From a virus (lineage: Duplodnaviria > Caudoviricetes), in the IMG/VR virus record IMGVR_UViG_3300008266_000190, positions 1 to 37,432 of that record: DNA of 37,432 nt; one strand, written 5' to 3'. Below the pieces are notes generated by a model. The model saw nothing but the letters and a program-made list of their open reading frames with translations, was not told the DNA's origin and made no database searches. Made by a program: the position numbers and the translations under genes. Below are positions 7,914 to 17,186 of this stretch, piece by piece. Every line of letters starts with the position of its first letter. The first letter of the stretch is position 1.

Positions 7914-8109
7914 CTGATACCTCCCCGACCAACTTGGTCGCCTCTTGCGCTGCACAGGTTGCCTGTGTTAGGCGAGCCGCATCCTTGAACTGGTCTGGAA
8001 GTTCACCCGCTTTCTCTTCCAGTGCGGCATAGATGTAGTTGAATGCTGTGGTCCATGCCAACAGACCGCCCTCAATCGTTGGCTTCTTCTTCGCATACGG
8101 TACGCTCAC
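7903..8109 (-). CDS. Hypothetical protein
   Basis: GTGA overlap with the rmlC stop. Confidence 0.6.
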   Translation of the reverse strand: MSVPYAKKKPTIEGGLLAWTTAFNYIYAALEEKAGELPDQFKDAARLTQATCAAQEATKLVGEVSVGD

Positions 8110-8657
8110 TTGACCCCCTTGACCCACAACTCGAGTGTGTCCTTGTCTGCAAGAGGAGAGATGGTATCCTTCTCTGACACGATGGTTGCATCGTGCCTGT
8201 TGATCCCATGCTCAACCTCTGGGAAGGATCGATAGTTCACTGCGATCTCATCCTTGCCTTCATACTTTGCTGAACAGAAGTACGTCACGGTCGCATCAGT
8301 GATGGCAACGAACCCTCGAGCCCACCACCACGGTGCGTAGAACAACTTGCCGTCCCCTGCCTCCATCTCCTCGGAGATAACCTTGCCGTACAACTTCGAC
8401 ATCGGGTCGATGTTGACAGCGAAGATCAACGCCTTGCCAGATGAAACGTACATCGCCTTGTCCATGAACACCTGTGCATGGAGCCCACGGAATACGCCAG
8501 CGCGTGACCACGAGGCGTTGACCTGTCGTACCGTGAACCCAGGGATTGAACGGTACGGATCTTTTACAATCTCTTGGAAGTATCCTCTGTTGTCGGTGTA
8601 CACACCGCCCTGTAGAACCCTTGGCTCAAGGGAAACGTTAGCCAGATGGTTTGTCAT
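8106..8657 (-). CDS. rmlC: dTDP-4-dehydrorhamnose 3,5-epimerase family (cupin)
   Basis: DNRGYFQE, QVNASWSRAGVFRGLHAQ, YAPWWWARGF, IVSEKD; GGAGGAG RBS. Confidence 0.9.
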   Translation of the reverse strand: MTNHLANVSLEPRVLQGGVYTDNRGYFQEIVKDPYRSIPGFTVRQVNASWSRAGVFRGLHAQVFMDKAMYVSSGKALIFAVNIDPMSKLYGKVISEEMEAGDGKLFYAPWWWARGFVAITDATVTYFCSAKYEGKDEIAVNYRSFPEVEHGINRHDATIVSEKDTISPLADKDTLELWVKGVK

Positions 8658-8964
8658 TGATGTACTCCTCCAAATCAAATGTGATGATGTATCTTCGCTT
8701 GGTTCCTGAACCCTCAGTGCTGACATGGACAACACCCCTGAGTTTATCTGAGTGGTACTCGATTGATTGGATCAAGTCCCAGATGCGCTCGGGGAAGGTT
8801 GATCCACTCTTTATCTGGAGCTGAAGGTGTCCGTTGTCCACATCTACCTTGCCCCCGAACATGCCCACGCGATTACCTTCAACCATCTTTGCGACGGACA
8901 ACTCGATAGAGTTTCCGCGCTTGCGGTTGTTCCTCCCGCGTCGTGATCGCTCAGCGTCTGGCAT
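8638..8964 (-). CDS. PD-(D/E)XK Holliday-junction-resolvase-like nuclease
   Basis: RNNRKRGNSIELSVAK...VDV...LQIKS pattern. Confidence 0.65.
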   Translation of the reverse strand: MPDAERSRRGRNNRKRGNSIELSVAKMVEGNRVGMFGGKVDVDNGHLQLQIKSGSTFPERIWDLIQSIEYHSDKLRGVVHVSTEGSGTKRRYIITFDLEEYINDKPSG

Positions 8965-9223
8965 GCTTCATCATGTATACTGGCGTGCTCTCGCCAACGT
9001 ATGCACCGATGACGTTGAAGTCGAAGAACTCAATAGCCTCGTCTGGTGTCATCCCGTCCCTCAGCACGAGAACCTCAAGGCACTTATCGTAATCATAGAT
9101 AGCCACTGGATGATTAAACCTGAAGCCGTATCCAATGAGAGCATCCTCAAACCCATCGGCAAGAAGTGCTCCGTGAAACCCTTGAAGTTCTTCATTGTGT
9201 TCCTCGATTGCCTTATCTTTCAT
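8951..9223 (-). CDS. Conserved phage hypothetical protein
   Basis: ADGFEDALIG...YDYDKC...DGMT.DEAIEFFDFNVIGAYVGE.TP motif recalled from aquatic phages. Confidence 0.8.
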   Translation of the reverse strand: MKDKAIEEHNEELQGFHGALLADGFEDALIGYGFRFNHPVAIYDYDKCLEVLVLRDGMTPDEAIEFFDFNVIGAYVGESTPVYMMKHARR

Positions 9224-9224
9224 C

Positions 9225-9428
9225 TTACCCACGCTTTGCCTCCACTCCGTAGCACTTGCGGTGGACCCAATGCCACCCCGTCGTGCGTCTAAATCCGTTG
9301 AACTCAATACTCTGCAACCGGTACGACTCCGCTTGAGACTCGATTACGAGTGCGCATTTTACACAAGGGACAAACGTCCACTTCGCGGACTTTCGTTCTT
9401 GCTTTCCACCCTTGGATGCTGGGCTCAT
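9225..9428 (-). CDS. Small Zn-binding protein (CVKC...HRKC)
   Basis: AAGGA RBS, ATGA coupling. Confidence 0.65.
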   Translation of the reverse strand: MSPASKGGKQERKSAKWTFVPCVKCALVIESQAESYRLQSIEFNGFRRTTGWHWVHRKCYGVEAKRG

Positions 9429-9637
9429 AGGATGATTCCTTTTTGGTAGTTGCTGATTTTGATGCTGTTCGTCGGGTCTTCAAGGTATCCTTTCACCGCC
9501 TTGAGCAGTAGGCGGACTGGATGCGAACACCAGCGGCAGCCCTCGCCAGTACGCTCGCACCCAGTCTTGTTTTCATCTCCCATTCGGTCGAGCGCACACT
9601 TAGAAGCATCGACCATGTCTGCTGGGGATTCAATCAC
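9425..9637 (-). CDS. Small Cys-rich protein
   Basis: Coupled ORF; C..C..CRWC. Confidence 0.6.
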   Translation of the reverse strand: MIESPADMVDASKCALDRMGDENKTGCERTGEGCRWCSHPVRLLLKAVKGYLEDPTNSIKISNYQKGIIL

Positions 9638-10023
9638 TACTTATTGCCTCGAACTGTCATCGGACCCCAGACGCAACGAGATAGCTCGCGCAGTGTGAAG
9701 TCGGCATAGTTCTTGCCGTTGACCTCGACCGTCTTGCCCCACTTGCCAGTGGCAACAGCGTCTGGTCGTGGGTCATCGCCTTCCTTGCCGTTCGCCCAGT
9801 CTCGGATCTTTGTGACGTGCTCCCACTTAGGCTCATCGAATACCGTGAACGTCACATACAGGTAGCGGTTCTCAGGCTTGTCGCCCTTCTTGCCACCATC
9901 AACCCATGCCTGATAGTCGTAGGCATTCATTGATCCCTTGAATGACATGATCTGTACGCCCGATGGCAGTGTCTTAAACTCTGGCTCGAACTTGTCGCTG
10001 AACCAGAACAGAATAGTTTCCAT
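9637..10023 (-). CDS. Putative ssDNA-binding (OB-fold-like) protein
   Basis: Position right after the ERF gene, aromatic beta-rich sequence; function is inference. Confidence 0.45.
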   Translation of the reverse strand: METILFWFSDKFEPEFKTLPSGVQIMSFKGSMNAYDYQAWVDGGKKGDKPENRYLYVTFTVFDEPKWEHVTKIRDWANGKEGDDPRPDAVATGKWGKTVEVNGKNYADFTLRELSRCVWGPMTVRGNK

Positions 10024-10529
10024 TAGAAGTCTACCTCCTCAAGGCTTGATGACTTGACTGCTGGCTTCGCTGCCGTCTTGACGCTGGTCCCAAAGATCTT
10101 CTCGGCAGCCTTGGCGATGGTCGCATCACCGCTGTCGTTCTCTGGGTCATCGCCCGTCGGGATCAGGAACGTCGTCAACAGTGCGTACTTCAACGCCCCT
10201 GTCGAAGACTTGTACACATGCTTGTCGCCGCTGTCAGCACCAGAGCCGAGCGTCTGGATGTCCAGCGTCTCGCCAGTGTCGCCGTCGATGAACCGCCATG
10301 TGTATCGTGCCGTGACGATTGTCTGTGTACCCTTCGGTGTCGTGCCCTCTGAGATTACGTCGACCTGTGCTGGGACCATGATGACGTTGAGTTCGCCAAG
10401 TGCTGTTCGCACCTTGTCGGCAACGTCTGATGCCAGTACATACTTGTATCCCTGTGCTGAGTTTGTCCCACCCTTCTGGACGTAGCCAACCTTGGCCATG
10501 ACCTGAGCGAGCTTTGCTGCTAACTTCAT
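10023..10529 (-). CDS. ERF-family single-strand annealing recombinase
   Basis: KGGTNSAQGYKY, GSGADSGDKHVYKSSTGALKYAL..FLIPTGDDPE. Confidence 0.88.
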   Translation of the reverse strand: MKLAAKLAQVMAKVGYVQKGGTNSAQGYKYVLASDVADKVRTALGELNVIMVPAQVDVISEGTTPKGTQTIVTARYTWRFIDGDTGETLDIQTLGSGADSGDKHVYKSSTGALKYALLTTFLIPTGDDPENDSGDATIAKAAEKIFGTSVKTAAKPAVKSSSLEEVDF

Positions 10530-11203
10530 TGGCTGCTCCTGCATTCTGTCTTCCACCGACAATACGTACATGGGTACTTCAACTCCCCCTTCGAGGACTT
10601 CGCCCATGCATCAGGGATACGCGGTGGCTTCCTATCCCCGTAGTATTCTAGCACACGAAGCGTTCTCCGTGCACGATCCTGCCACTCCTCTGGGATGATG
10701 TACTCGTCAATCGAAAAGGAATCCTTCTCGATGTAAACGACACGCACGTCATCCACTGGTGTGCCAAGATGCTTAAGCGCCGCAGCGTACGACGACGCTT
10801 GGATCATGTGCTCCCGCTTGGGCTCACCCTTGCGGTACTTGCGGGCAAACGACGACTCGGTCTTGAACTCCAAGATCGACCGCTTGCCATCCTTCCACGA
10901 CACAACCGCGTCGATGTTGCCAGCAAACTTCCACTCTGGAATCTCTACTGGAACCTCTGGATCAACACTGTCGAACTGATCCGACTTGTTGAGCAGCTCC
11001 ACGATTGCTTCACCAAGTTCGTTCCCGACTTTGAACACACCGTACAACTTGTCATCAAACGGTTCTGTTTCAGGAACTCCGTTGGTTTCGTACCAATGGG
11101 CACGGATGCAGCCGCCGAGCAAAGAGCCCCGCCACTTCTGCTTAGAAGGGCGAGGCTCACGCTTGGCTAGTTCAGCCGCGACTGCCTCTCTTACACTTCC
11201 CAT
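10526..11203 (-). CDS. Cas4-like PD-(D/E)XK exonuclease
   Basis: GGC.R..WY, GNIDA, ILEFKT, QASSY, C-terminal CTYCRWKTEC cluster. Confidence 0.88.
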   Translation of the reverse strand: MGSVREAVAAELAKREPRPSKQKWRGSLLGGCIRAHWYETNGVPETEPFDDKLYGVFKVGNELGEAIVELLNKSDQFDSVDPEVPVEIPEWKFAGNIDAVVSWKDGKRSILEFKTESSFARKYRKGEPKREHMIQASSYAAALKHLGTPVDDVRVVYIEKDSFSIDEYIIPEEWQDRARRTLRVLEYYGDRKPPRIPDAWAKSSKGELKYPCTYCRWKTECRSSQ

Positions 11204-11209
11204 TGCTGG

Positions 11210-11238
11210 AGTATAACGGCAGTTTTCTGCGGTGTCAA
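11210..11238 (-). promoter_or_regulatory. Promoter TTGACA-N17-TATACT, probably leaderless transcript
   Basis: -35 at 11238..11233, -10 at 11215..11210, ATG 6 nt later at 11203. Confidence 0.85.
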
Positions 11239-11241
11239 ATA

Positions 11242-12216
11242 CTACAATCCCCCGTAGTTACTGATGACCCCCTTGAGCTGGTCGATCCTTGTCGGGTACG
11301 ATTCCCCCCTGCGCTTCGCCTCTGCGAACACGCGGTCGATGTGCGCCTTATCGTTTAACGTAATGAAGTCATAGCTATGTGCGATGCTTGATGTCAGTAG
11401 CGACGTGTCCATCCAGTAGTCTCGAGCATCGAGGTTAGACTCGGCACACGGGACAAGCGATGACTCCGTTGCCGTGGCAACCTTGTGCGCGATGTCAAGC
11501 ACTGTCGTGTTCTCCGCCGCGCAGTTGTAGACACCAGCATACTTTGTAGTGACAGATGCTACGATCATCTCGGCAGCATCCTCCACATTGATCAATGGTC
11601 GACGTGCGTTCTGCGCCGGAGCGATCTCTCTCGTCTTCGCTGCTTGCCAACAGAAGGCGTTGACGACAAGGTCTCGTCGGATGTTCGGGCTCCAGCCCCA
11701 CATCGTCCCGAAGCGCAGCGAGATCCAGTCATGCTTCTTCTCGGTGTTGTCGAACTTTGCAAGATACTCATCGATGGCAAGCTTTGCCTTAGCGTACGCT
11801 GTCAGCGGGTTGGTCTCATCGGTCTCAGCAGAAAGGCTACCGCCCTTGCTTGCACCGTAAACTGATGCCGAGGATGCGACAACGTGTCGAGCCTCTGGAT
11901 ACCAGTTGATGAGACGAGCCGTGCCGTAGAAGTTAATCCGCTGCGTCTGCAACTGATCGATCTCTGACATCGGGTCATTCGACAAGCCAGCCAAATGAAC
12001 GACAGCGTCGATGTTCTGCGGCAACGGGAACGTCCCAAGGTTGCGCAGGTCAAAGAACATCTGCTCGTCTGGCAGATAGTCAAGCATGCTCACGTCCGAC
12101 ATCGTCGGCAAATACCACGCCGTGTCCAAGCCGACGGTATAGATGCGTCGGTCTTTAAGTTTCTGGATGACCAGTGGGCCTAGGTATCCTAGGTTCCCCG
12201 TAACGAGTACTCGCAT
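11242..12216 (-). CDS. NAD-dependent sugar epimerase/dehydratase (extended SDR)
   Basis: VTGNLGYLG, VVHLAGLSNDP, ASSASVYG, YAKAK. Confidence 0.92.
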   Translation of the reverse strand: MRVLVTGNLGYLGPLVIQKLKDRRIYTVGLDTAWYLPTMSDVSMLDYLPDEQMFFDLRNLGTFPLPQNIDAVVHLAGLSNDPMSEIDQLQTQRINFYGTARLINWYPEARHVVASSASVYGASKGGSLSAETDETNPLTAYAKAKLAIDEYLAKFDNTEKKHDWISLRFGTMWGWSPNIRRDLVVNAFCWQAAKTREIAPAQNARRPLINVEDAAEMIVASVTTKYAGVYNCAAENTTVLDIAHKVATATESSLVPCAESNLDARDYWMDTSLLTSSIAHSYDFITLNDKAHIDRVFAEAKRRGESYPTRIDQLKGVISNYGGL

Positions 12217-12217
12217 G

Positions 12218-13006
12218 CTACCTCCCCAAGTATTCCATCACCGCTTCCGACCAATGTCGGAGTGGCTTGAGCTTTGTGTTCTTCAGGTTGCCCCACTCTG
12301 GTCGAGTGGTATCCTTCCGCGTTACTGGCATGACCTTGTACCTGTTGCCAACCTTCTCCCGAATAAATCGAGCGAAGATTGCCCAGTCGGTCGTGCCCTC
12401 GTTGGTCACGTGGTATACGCCTGTCGCCTTCTGCAACGCAAGGTCCACGATGACTGGTGCTGCGTCTGGCATGTACGTCGGCTTGAAGTGCTGGTCGATT
12501 GGAAGCTCAACGTTCTTCATCGAAGACGCGACGAAGTCAGCGAACGAAGGCTTGAACGGAGACTTACGCGGACCGAACGGCGAACTGATGCGCACCACAC
12601 CGCCACCGTTTTCGAGCACTCGACGCTCGCCGTGCCACTTCGAGTCGCCATAGATAGACAGCGCACCCTTGGTAGGCTCGTCCTCATGGAGAACCCTGTT
12701 CTCTTTGTTGAGGTCGTAGACGTAGTCGGTGCTAAGATAGATCTGGTGATAGCCAGCGGCGGAGATGTTGTGCGGCAGTGTGACGTTCGCCTCGATTGCC
12801 GTATGCGGCTTGCTCTCGCAGAGCGCGATGTCCCGCTGTGCCGCGCAGTTGATCACCGACACTGGGTCAGCGTCCCTAATGAGACCAAGCAACTCCTCGT
12901 GGTCCTTCCAATCGTTCCTGCTGAGGACAACGAACTTCTCGTCGCGCTTCACCAGTTCATCCTGTACATGCTGCGATGCCTGACCTGATCCTATGATAAC
13001 AATCAC
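12218..13006 (-). CDS. rmlD: dTDP-4-dehydrorhamnose reductase family
   Basis: IIGSGQ, VINCAA, YLSTDYVYD, YGDSK, DQHFKPTY, GVYHVTNEG. Confidence 0.9.
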   Translation of the reverse strand: MIVIIGSGQASQHVQDELVKRDEKFVVLSRNDWKDHEELLGLIRDADPVSVINCAAQRDIALCESKPHTAIEANVTLPHNISAAGYHQIYLSTDYVYDLNKENRVLHEDEPTKGALSIYGDSKWHGERRVLENGGGVVRISSPFGPRKSPFKPSFADFVASSMKNVELPIDQHFKPTYMPDAAPVIVDLALQKATGVYHVTNEGTTDWAIFARFIREKVGNRYKVMPVTRKDTTRPEWGNLKNTKLKPLRHWSEAVMEYLGR

Positions 13007-13398
13007 TTCTTCACTCCTGTCTTTCCTCCGGACAACTCAACCCCTCGTCGGGCGATGAGCCAGTCCACAATCTCTTCCCAGTTGTTATCGTACTTGATCG
13101 CCTTGTCGTCGACGTACGCAACCGCTGCTGGCTTGCCATACCCAGTATGGATCTTATGGTACGGAATGTGATTCTTGTGGAGCCACTCCGCCATCCAGCG
13201 CGTCTTATCTCCTCGATCTGGGAACGCCTCCCACGCCCGAGCAGAGTGCACAACGATGATGTACCCGTGTCGCCAGAGACGAGACATCGCCTCCTTCGCG
13301 CCCTTCGTAGGAACGATCTCACCTAGTACATCAATCGCCAAGGTATCGTCGAAGTCAACCGCGATCTGCTTCGAGATAATGGTATCTAGATCGCTCAC
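13003..13398 (-). CDS. Small HAD-superfamily phosphatase
   Basis: AVDFDDTL, HSAR, GKP, YVDDKA; GTG start overlapping the upstream stop. Confidence 0.85.
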   Translation of the reverse strand: MSDLDTIISKQIAVDFDDTLAIDVLGEIVPTKGAKEAMSRLWRHGYIIVVHSARAWEAFPDRGDKTRWMAEWLHKNHIPYHKIHTGYGKPAAVAYVDDKAIKYDNNWEEIVDWLIARRGVELSGGKTGVKK

Positions 13399-14525
13399 TT
13401 TCCTGGATACCTTCGTCCGCGCCAGGCCAACTCGGAGCCAGTCCACGATGCGAAGTCTGGCTGCCACTCCCCAGCCTTCTCGCCCCACCGTTCGATAACG
13501 GCAAAGCCAGCAGACCATCGGCTCACCTGATGCTGTGCTAGGTAGCCAAGCTCCGTGCGCTGGCACATCATGCCAGTGGAGATGGCGGCAATGCGCTTCT
13601 CAGGGATGTCGGCAAACCCACCGATTGTCCTGAAGCCAATGCCCTGTGAGTGGTCATGACCGCCAACGACCGACACCCCAGCAGCATCAGCAATCGGAGC
13701 AATCGATGCCCCGCCGCCAGTGTTGCGAGAGTATGTGCCGTGCGTTGCGATCAGGTCCTCGGTAATCTTGTAGTACGAACGAAGATGCTCTGGTCCACTG
13801 AACACTGGCTTCTGGTCGATGACTGGCTTGATCTCCAGGGAGTCAAGGCGCAACAGGTTCTCGAGCGATAGCATCTCTACGCCATTGGCATCGAGAAGAC
13901 CGACCAGCTCCGGTGCTCTCTTCGCTAACCACTTGGACATCCGTGCCTCGTGGTTTCCGTAGAGGAATAAAATCTCTGCATCTGGACCAGCAGCAGCCCT
14001 GATCTCTGCCAGCCTGTTATGCGCGTGCTGCAACTCTTGCTGCACAGGCATACCTAGGCGAGGGTCCTTGTCGTATGCGGACACGGACGTAAGGTCCACG
14101 ATGTCCCCAGTCAGGACAATCCTGTCTGGTGTCTCTGATGCTAGGAATGTCAGGAACGATGAGAAGACATTGCCGTCCTCAAACGGGAACTGGAAATCCC
14201 CAGCACAAACAATAATCTCTCCTCGAATCGTGGAAGACGGGCTTCCGACTCGGGAGAGATATTCTATCTTGGATGGTTCTACTGGCTTGATGTGATGAGG
14301 AGTACTTACTAAGGAAGTAATATATTTCTTAGAGTTAGTATCATCTACTTCCTTAGGAAGTCCTTCATCAGGAAGAATTCCGTGATTGTAATTGACCTGA
14401 TTCATTCTGTCAATCTTCATGTATCGCTTCTGGACTTGGTCCTTGGTAAGGTCAAGACGTGCTGCGATCTGTGAGAACGACAGCCCCAACTTTCGGAGCG
14501 TAATGATTTCCTTGTCAAACGACAT
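13395..14525 (-). CDS. Calcineurin-like metallophosphoesterase with N-terminal HTH
   Basis: GDFQ, GDIVD, GNHE, THG, GHDH; N-terminal LGLSFSQIAARLDLTKDQV. Confidence 0.88.
   Translation of the reverse strand: MSFDKEIITLRKLGLSFSQIAARLDLTKDQVQKRYMKIDRMNQVNYNHGILPDEGLPKEVDDTNSKKYITSLVSTPHHIKPVEPSKIEYLSRVGSPSSTIRGEIIVCAGDFQFPFEDGNVFSSFLTFLASETPDRIVLTGDIVDLTSVSAYDKDPRLGMPVQQELQHAHNRLAEIRAAAGPDAEILFLYGNHEARMSKWLAKRAPELVGLLDANGVEMLSLENLLRLDSLEIKPVIDQKPVFSGPEHLRSYYKITEDLIATHGTYSRNTGGGASIAPIADAAGVSVVGGHDHSQGIGFRTIGGFADIPEKRIAAISTGMMCQRTELGYLAQHQVSRWSAGFAVIERWGEKAGEWQPDFASWTGSELAWRGRRYPGK
14385..14413 (-). promoter_or_regulatory. Intragenic promoter TTGACA-N17-TACAAT
   Basis: -35 at 14413..14408, -10 at 14390..14385, followed by an AT-rich inverted-repeat cluster. 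Confidence 0.65.
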
Positions 14526-14533
14526 GGAGCCTC

Positions 14534-14779
14534 CTAGCTCGATACCCCAAGGACCTTCAAGGCAATTGTCACGAGCGTGCCAACTGCGCTTACTGCGATC
14601 CCTACCCTCCATCTTAGCGCCAGTGAGTCATTCTGTCTAGTATCATCTATCGCCTCAACTTTATGCTGAAACGCTTCGACCTCTCGAAGTCGCTCTTCAA
14701 TACGGTCAAGCCGCTCGGAGAGGTCTGACCGTACGCCATTGATGGCATCCAGAAGAGCGTGGAAATGGGATGAGGTCAC
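14534..14779 (-). CDS. Coiled-coil protein with C-terminal TM helix (holin/XhlA-like)
   Basis: LSERLDRIEERLREVE and VGIAVSAVGTLVTIALKVL. Confidence 0.7.
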   Translation of the reverse strand: MTSSHFHALLDAINGVRSDLSERLDRIEERLREVEAFQHKVEAIDDTRQNDSLALRWRVGIAVSAVGTLVTIALKVLGVSS

Positions 14780-16218
14780 TTCTTTTTCTTCTTCTTTTTC
14801 TTTTCTTCCTTTTTGCCTTTAGCCTTTTCCTTGTCTTTATCTTTTGCCTTTTCGCGCTGCCTTTTAGTTTCTCGACGAGGCTTCTCCGGTGGATCGCTTG
14901 GGTCTTGGGACTCAATATCGTCTTCGTCCTGAGGGGCCTCAATGTCTTCGAGTTCTTGCATGCCAATCGGCGTAGCAGAAAGGTGTTCCGCTCCAGTTTC
15001 GGTAGTCGGCAAAAACACGGATGCTTCTGTGGAAATGGATGATACCGGGCTGTTTTCCCTATAAGGGCTTAGCTCAAATTGTTTAAGCGTTCTATTGTAA
15101 AAGTCAAAACTTAATTCTTCGGAACCATCCTCTCGGCCAATCCACTGCTGACCGCGAATGGTGAACGTAGAGTCTATATCAACAGGGCCCCTGTTGATAA
15201 TTACACGAACATCGTCCCCAAGCTTATACTGCTTGTACGGAACTACAGATCCGTCGACAATGGACAAACTAATAATCTTAATTTTATCCGGGCTGGATTC
15301 ATTTAGGTTGTACGCAGCCCTAGCAGAAACAGAATCCTGGGAAATTAAATCTTCTTGAACGTCTACCCTGTCGATAATACCGTATGTCGATGCAATAGAA
15401 GACGTTGCAAAGCTCGACCAGATCTTTGAAGAGGATGACCCAAAGATGCTCGTAGCAATAAGAACGGCTCTTGTGCGAAGGTTTCTAAAGTTTGGGCTGT
15501 ATGAAAACCTTTTAACGTTTGCTCCGTAAACAAGACGCAACTGATTATTTACCGAAGACGAATAATTCATATCGAGAAAGAACGAATTGTACGAGTAAGT
15601 GCTTGACTCAATCCTGTTTCCAAACACTACCTTGTTGGTAGTTCCCTCTTGGGCAATCGCCATAATATTGAACAGGAACGACCCCCGCTGCTCCCCGGCA
15701 GTAAAAATGTCGTAGGTTTTTGTTGCAGCGTTAATTGTGCCTTCGATATCTACAAATCCAAGGCGGGAGTTTGTTGTGTTTTTTGCGGCGCTTAATTCAG
15801 CTTGCCAGATATGTGACGCAGTTTTGTCGTCATATGTTACGGTACTGGATGGGTTTGAAATAATGCCAGATACGTCTGTTAGGGTTTGATTTAAAACCCC
15901 CATGTAATCCACTCCATAGAACACAACTTCATTGTCAGTGGCTTCGTAATCCTGTAGAATGCCAGTACCAATGGTACGATAGACATCGTCTGATTCATCC
16001 CATCGATCTACCCTGTAATGTCTTTCAAGCGGTAAACATTCGTTAATCTGGGGGTGATTGTATGGCAGGGTAAAAAACATCTCTCCGCCCTCATTGAGGT
16101 ACGAAGAAACGCCAATGTATTTTGCCTGTGAAATTACCGCTTTGACTGCCCCTCTACCCCTACCAGTGCCGCTTGTGTCCCAAAGCGTAACACGGAACGG
16201 CCTTGTGTTTTTGGACAT
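14776..16218 (-). CDS. Tail/baseplate hub-like protein with acidic and poly-Lys C-terminus
   Basis: LNEGGEMFFTLP, YGIIDRV, YKLGDDVRV patterns of Gp37/Tal-like minor tail proteins. Confidence 0.65.
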   Translation of the reverse strand: MSKNTRPFRVTLWDTSGTGRGRGAVKAVISQAKYIGVSSYLNEGGEMFFTLPYNHPQINECLPLERHYRVDRWDESDDVYRTIGTGILQDYEATDNEVVFYGVDYMGVLNQTLTDVSGIISNPSSTVTYDDKTASHIWQAELSAAKNTTNSRLGFVDIEGTINAATKTYDIFTAGEQRGSFLFNIMAIAQEGTTNKVVFGNRIESSTYSYNSFFLDMNYSSSVNNQLRLVYGANVKRFSYSPNFRNLRTRAVLIATSIFGSSSSKIWSSFATSSIASTYGIIDRVDVQEDLISQDSVSARAAYNLNESSPDKIKIISLSIVDGSVVPYKQYKLGDDVRVIINRGPVDIDSTFTIRGQQWIGREDGSEELSFDFYNRTLKQFELSPYRENSPVSSISTEASVFLPTTETGAEHLSATPIGMQELEDIEAPQDEDDIESQDPSDPPEKPRRETKRQREKAKDKDKEKAKGKKEEKKKKKKKK

Positions 16219-17186
16219 TAGTACCAAGCCTCTCGGTAGGTGACGGAGATTAACTCAGGAGAGCTGCCCGTATAAGTAGTTGTGACTGTTGAGACCGCGT
16301 CGTCAGTCGGCGGGATTAGTCCAAAAGAATACGAGGTTGTATCTATGGCATCTTGCCGAAGTGTTTTTACAAATGCCCCTCCAGAGGTGCTTCTGACACC
16401 CCTGTAGACTGCTTGATCTTGGAAGTTAATGTACCATCGAACTTCATTGTTGGTATCTTTTGCCGGGAAATCTAGGTTGTTAAGCTTTAGAGATTGACCG
16501 TCTAAAGTGAATGTCACGGAGGCAACCGTTGCGGCAGCGTAAGAAACCGCAGAAGAGTAGATTAACTCAAAGGTAGGATATGCCGGCGCAGATCCAAGAT
16601 TTGGAAGAGATGTAGTAGCCGACGAGGAGGTAATTGATATTGACCGCTCAGTTGCCGCAAACTTGTATGGGGTCTTAGCAACAAGAGTAAAGCCAACCAT
16701 AACTGCAAATCCCTTTGCGCTTACGCCAATGGATTGGGATGATGTGTAAGTCACCGCAGGAAGGCTTGCTGGGCGGACAGACATCATCATCTCGATAAAT
16801 CCGCTTGTGTGGTTAGATGTGTCGATAGTCGCCTGGGAAAACTTTAGCTCCCTGAGTCCGTATTCGTCTTCATACCTTCTTGGGATTGGGCGCAAAGCGT
16901 CAAGGAGTCCTTGGACCTTATCGTGGAGATCCCCGGTGGATGTTCCAAATACTCCGCATACGATGGAAACCGAACGCATGGCAAGATACGAATCGCCAAT
17001 GTCAACTCCATCCTGGAGGGCTCGCTTGTCTACGTACCCAACGGTTTGAGTTTCGTTCATCCGAGCAGACATCACCTTGTATCCGCCTCGAGGCGCTGGG
17101 GTTGTTACGTCTGATCCCGCAATCGAGTTAAAGTCAATGGTTGTCCCGTCGCCAAGCTGATACGTAATTGGTCGATTAAAATCCAT
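16218..17186 (-). CDS. Distal-tail (Dit)-like protein
   Basis: DG...GDSYLAMRSVSI, FTLVAKTPYKF, NLGSAPAYP, YREAWY end. Confidence 0.65.
   Translation of the reverse strand: MDFNRPITYQLGDGTTIDFNSIAGSDVTTPAPRGGYKVMSARMNETQTVGYVDKRALQDGVDIGDSYLAMRSVSIVCGVFGTSTGDLHDKVQGLLDALRPIPRRYEDEYGLRELKFSQATIDTSNHTSGFIEMMMSVRPASLPAVTYTSSQSIGVSAKGFAVMVGFTLVAKTPYKFAATERSISITSSSATTSLPNLGSAPAYPTFELIYSSAVSYAAATVASVTFTLDGQSLKLNNLDFPAKDTNNEVRWYINFQDQAVYRGVRSTSGGAFVKTLRQDAIDTTSYSFGLIPPTDDAVSTVTTTYTGSSPELISVTYREAWY

Noticed and set aside
10526-11203. Cas4 as evidence of CRISPR-Cas
   Set aside because: No other cas genes or array; it sits beside ERF as a typical phage recombination exonuclease
12143-12988. 281-aa plus-strand ORF
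   Set aside because: Antisense to rmlD, no recognisable motifs
14320-14375. Hammerhead ribozyme (minus-strand CTGATGA...GAAA)
   Set aside because: I could not build stems II and III or the closing pairs around the core
14513-14518. Other TTGACA hexamers (here and at about 1271, 6769, 11493, 18851, 34506)
   Set aside because: No TAnnnT at 17-18 bp spacing
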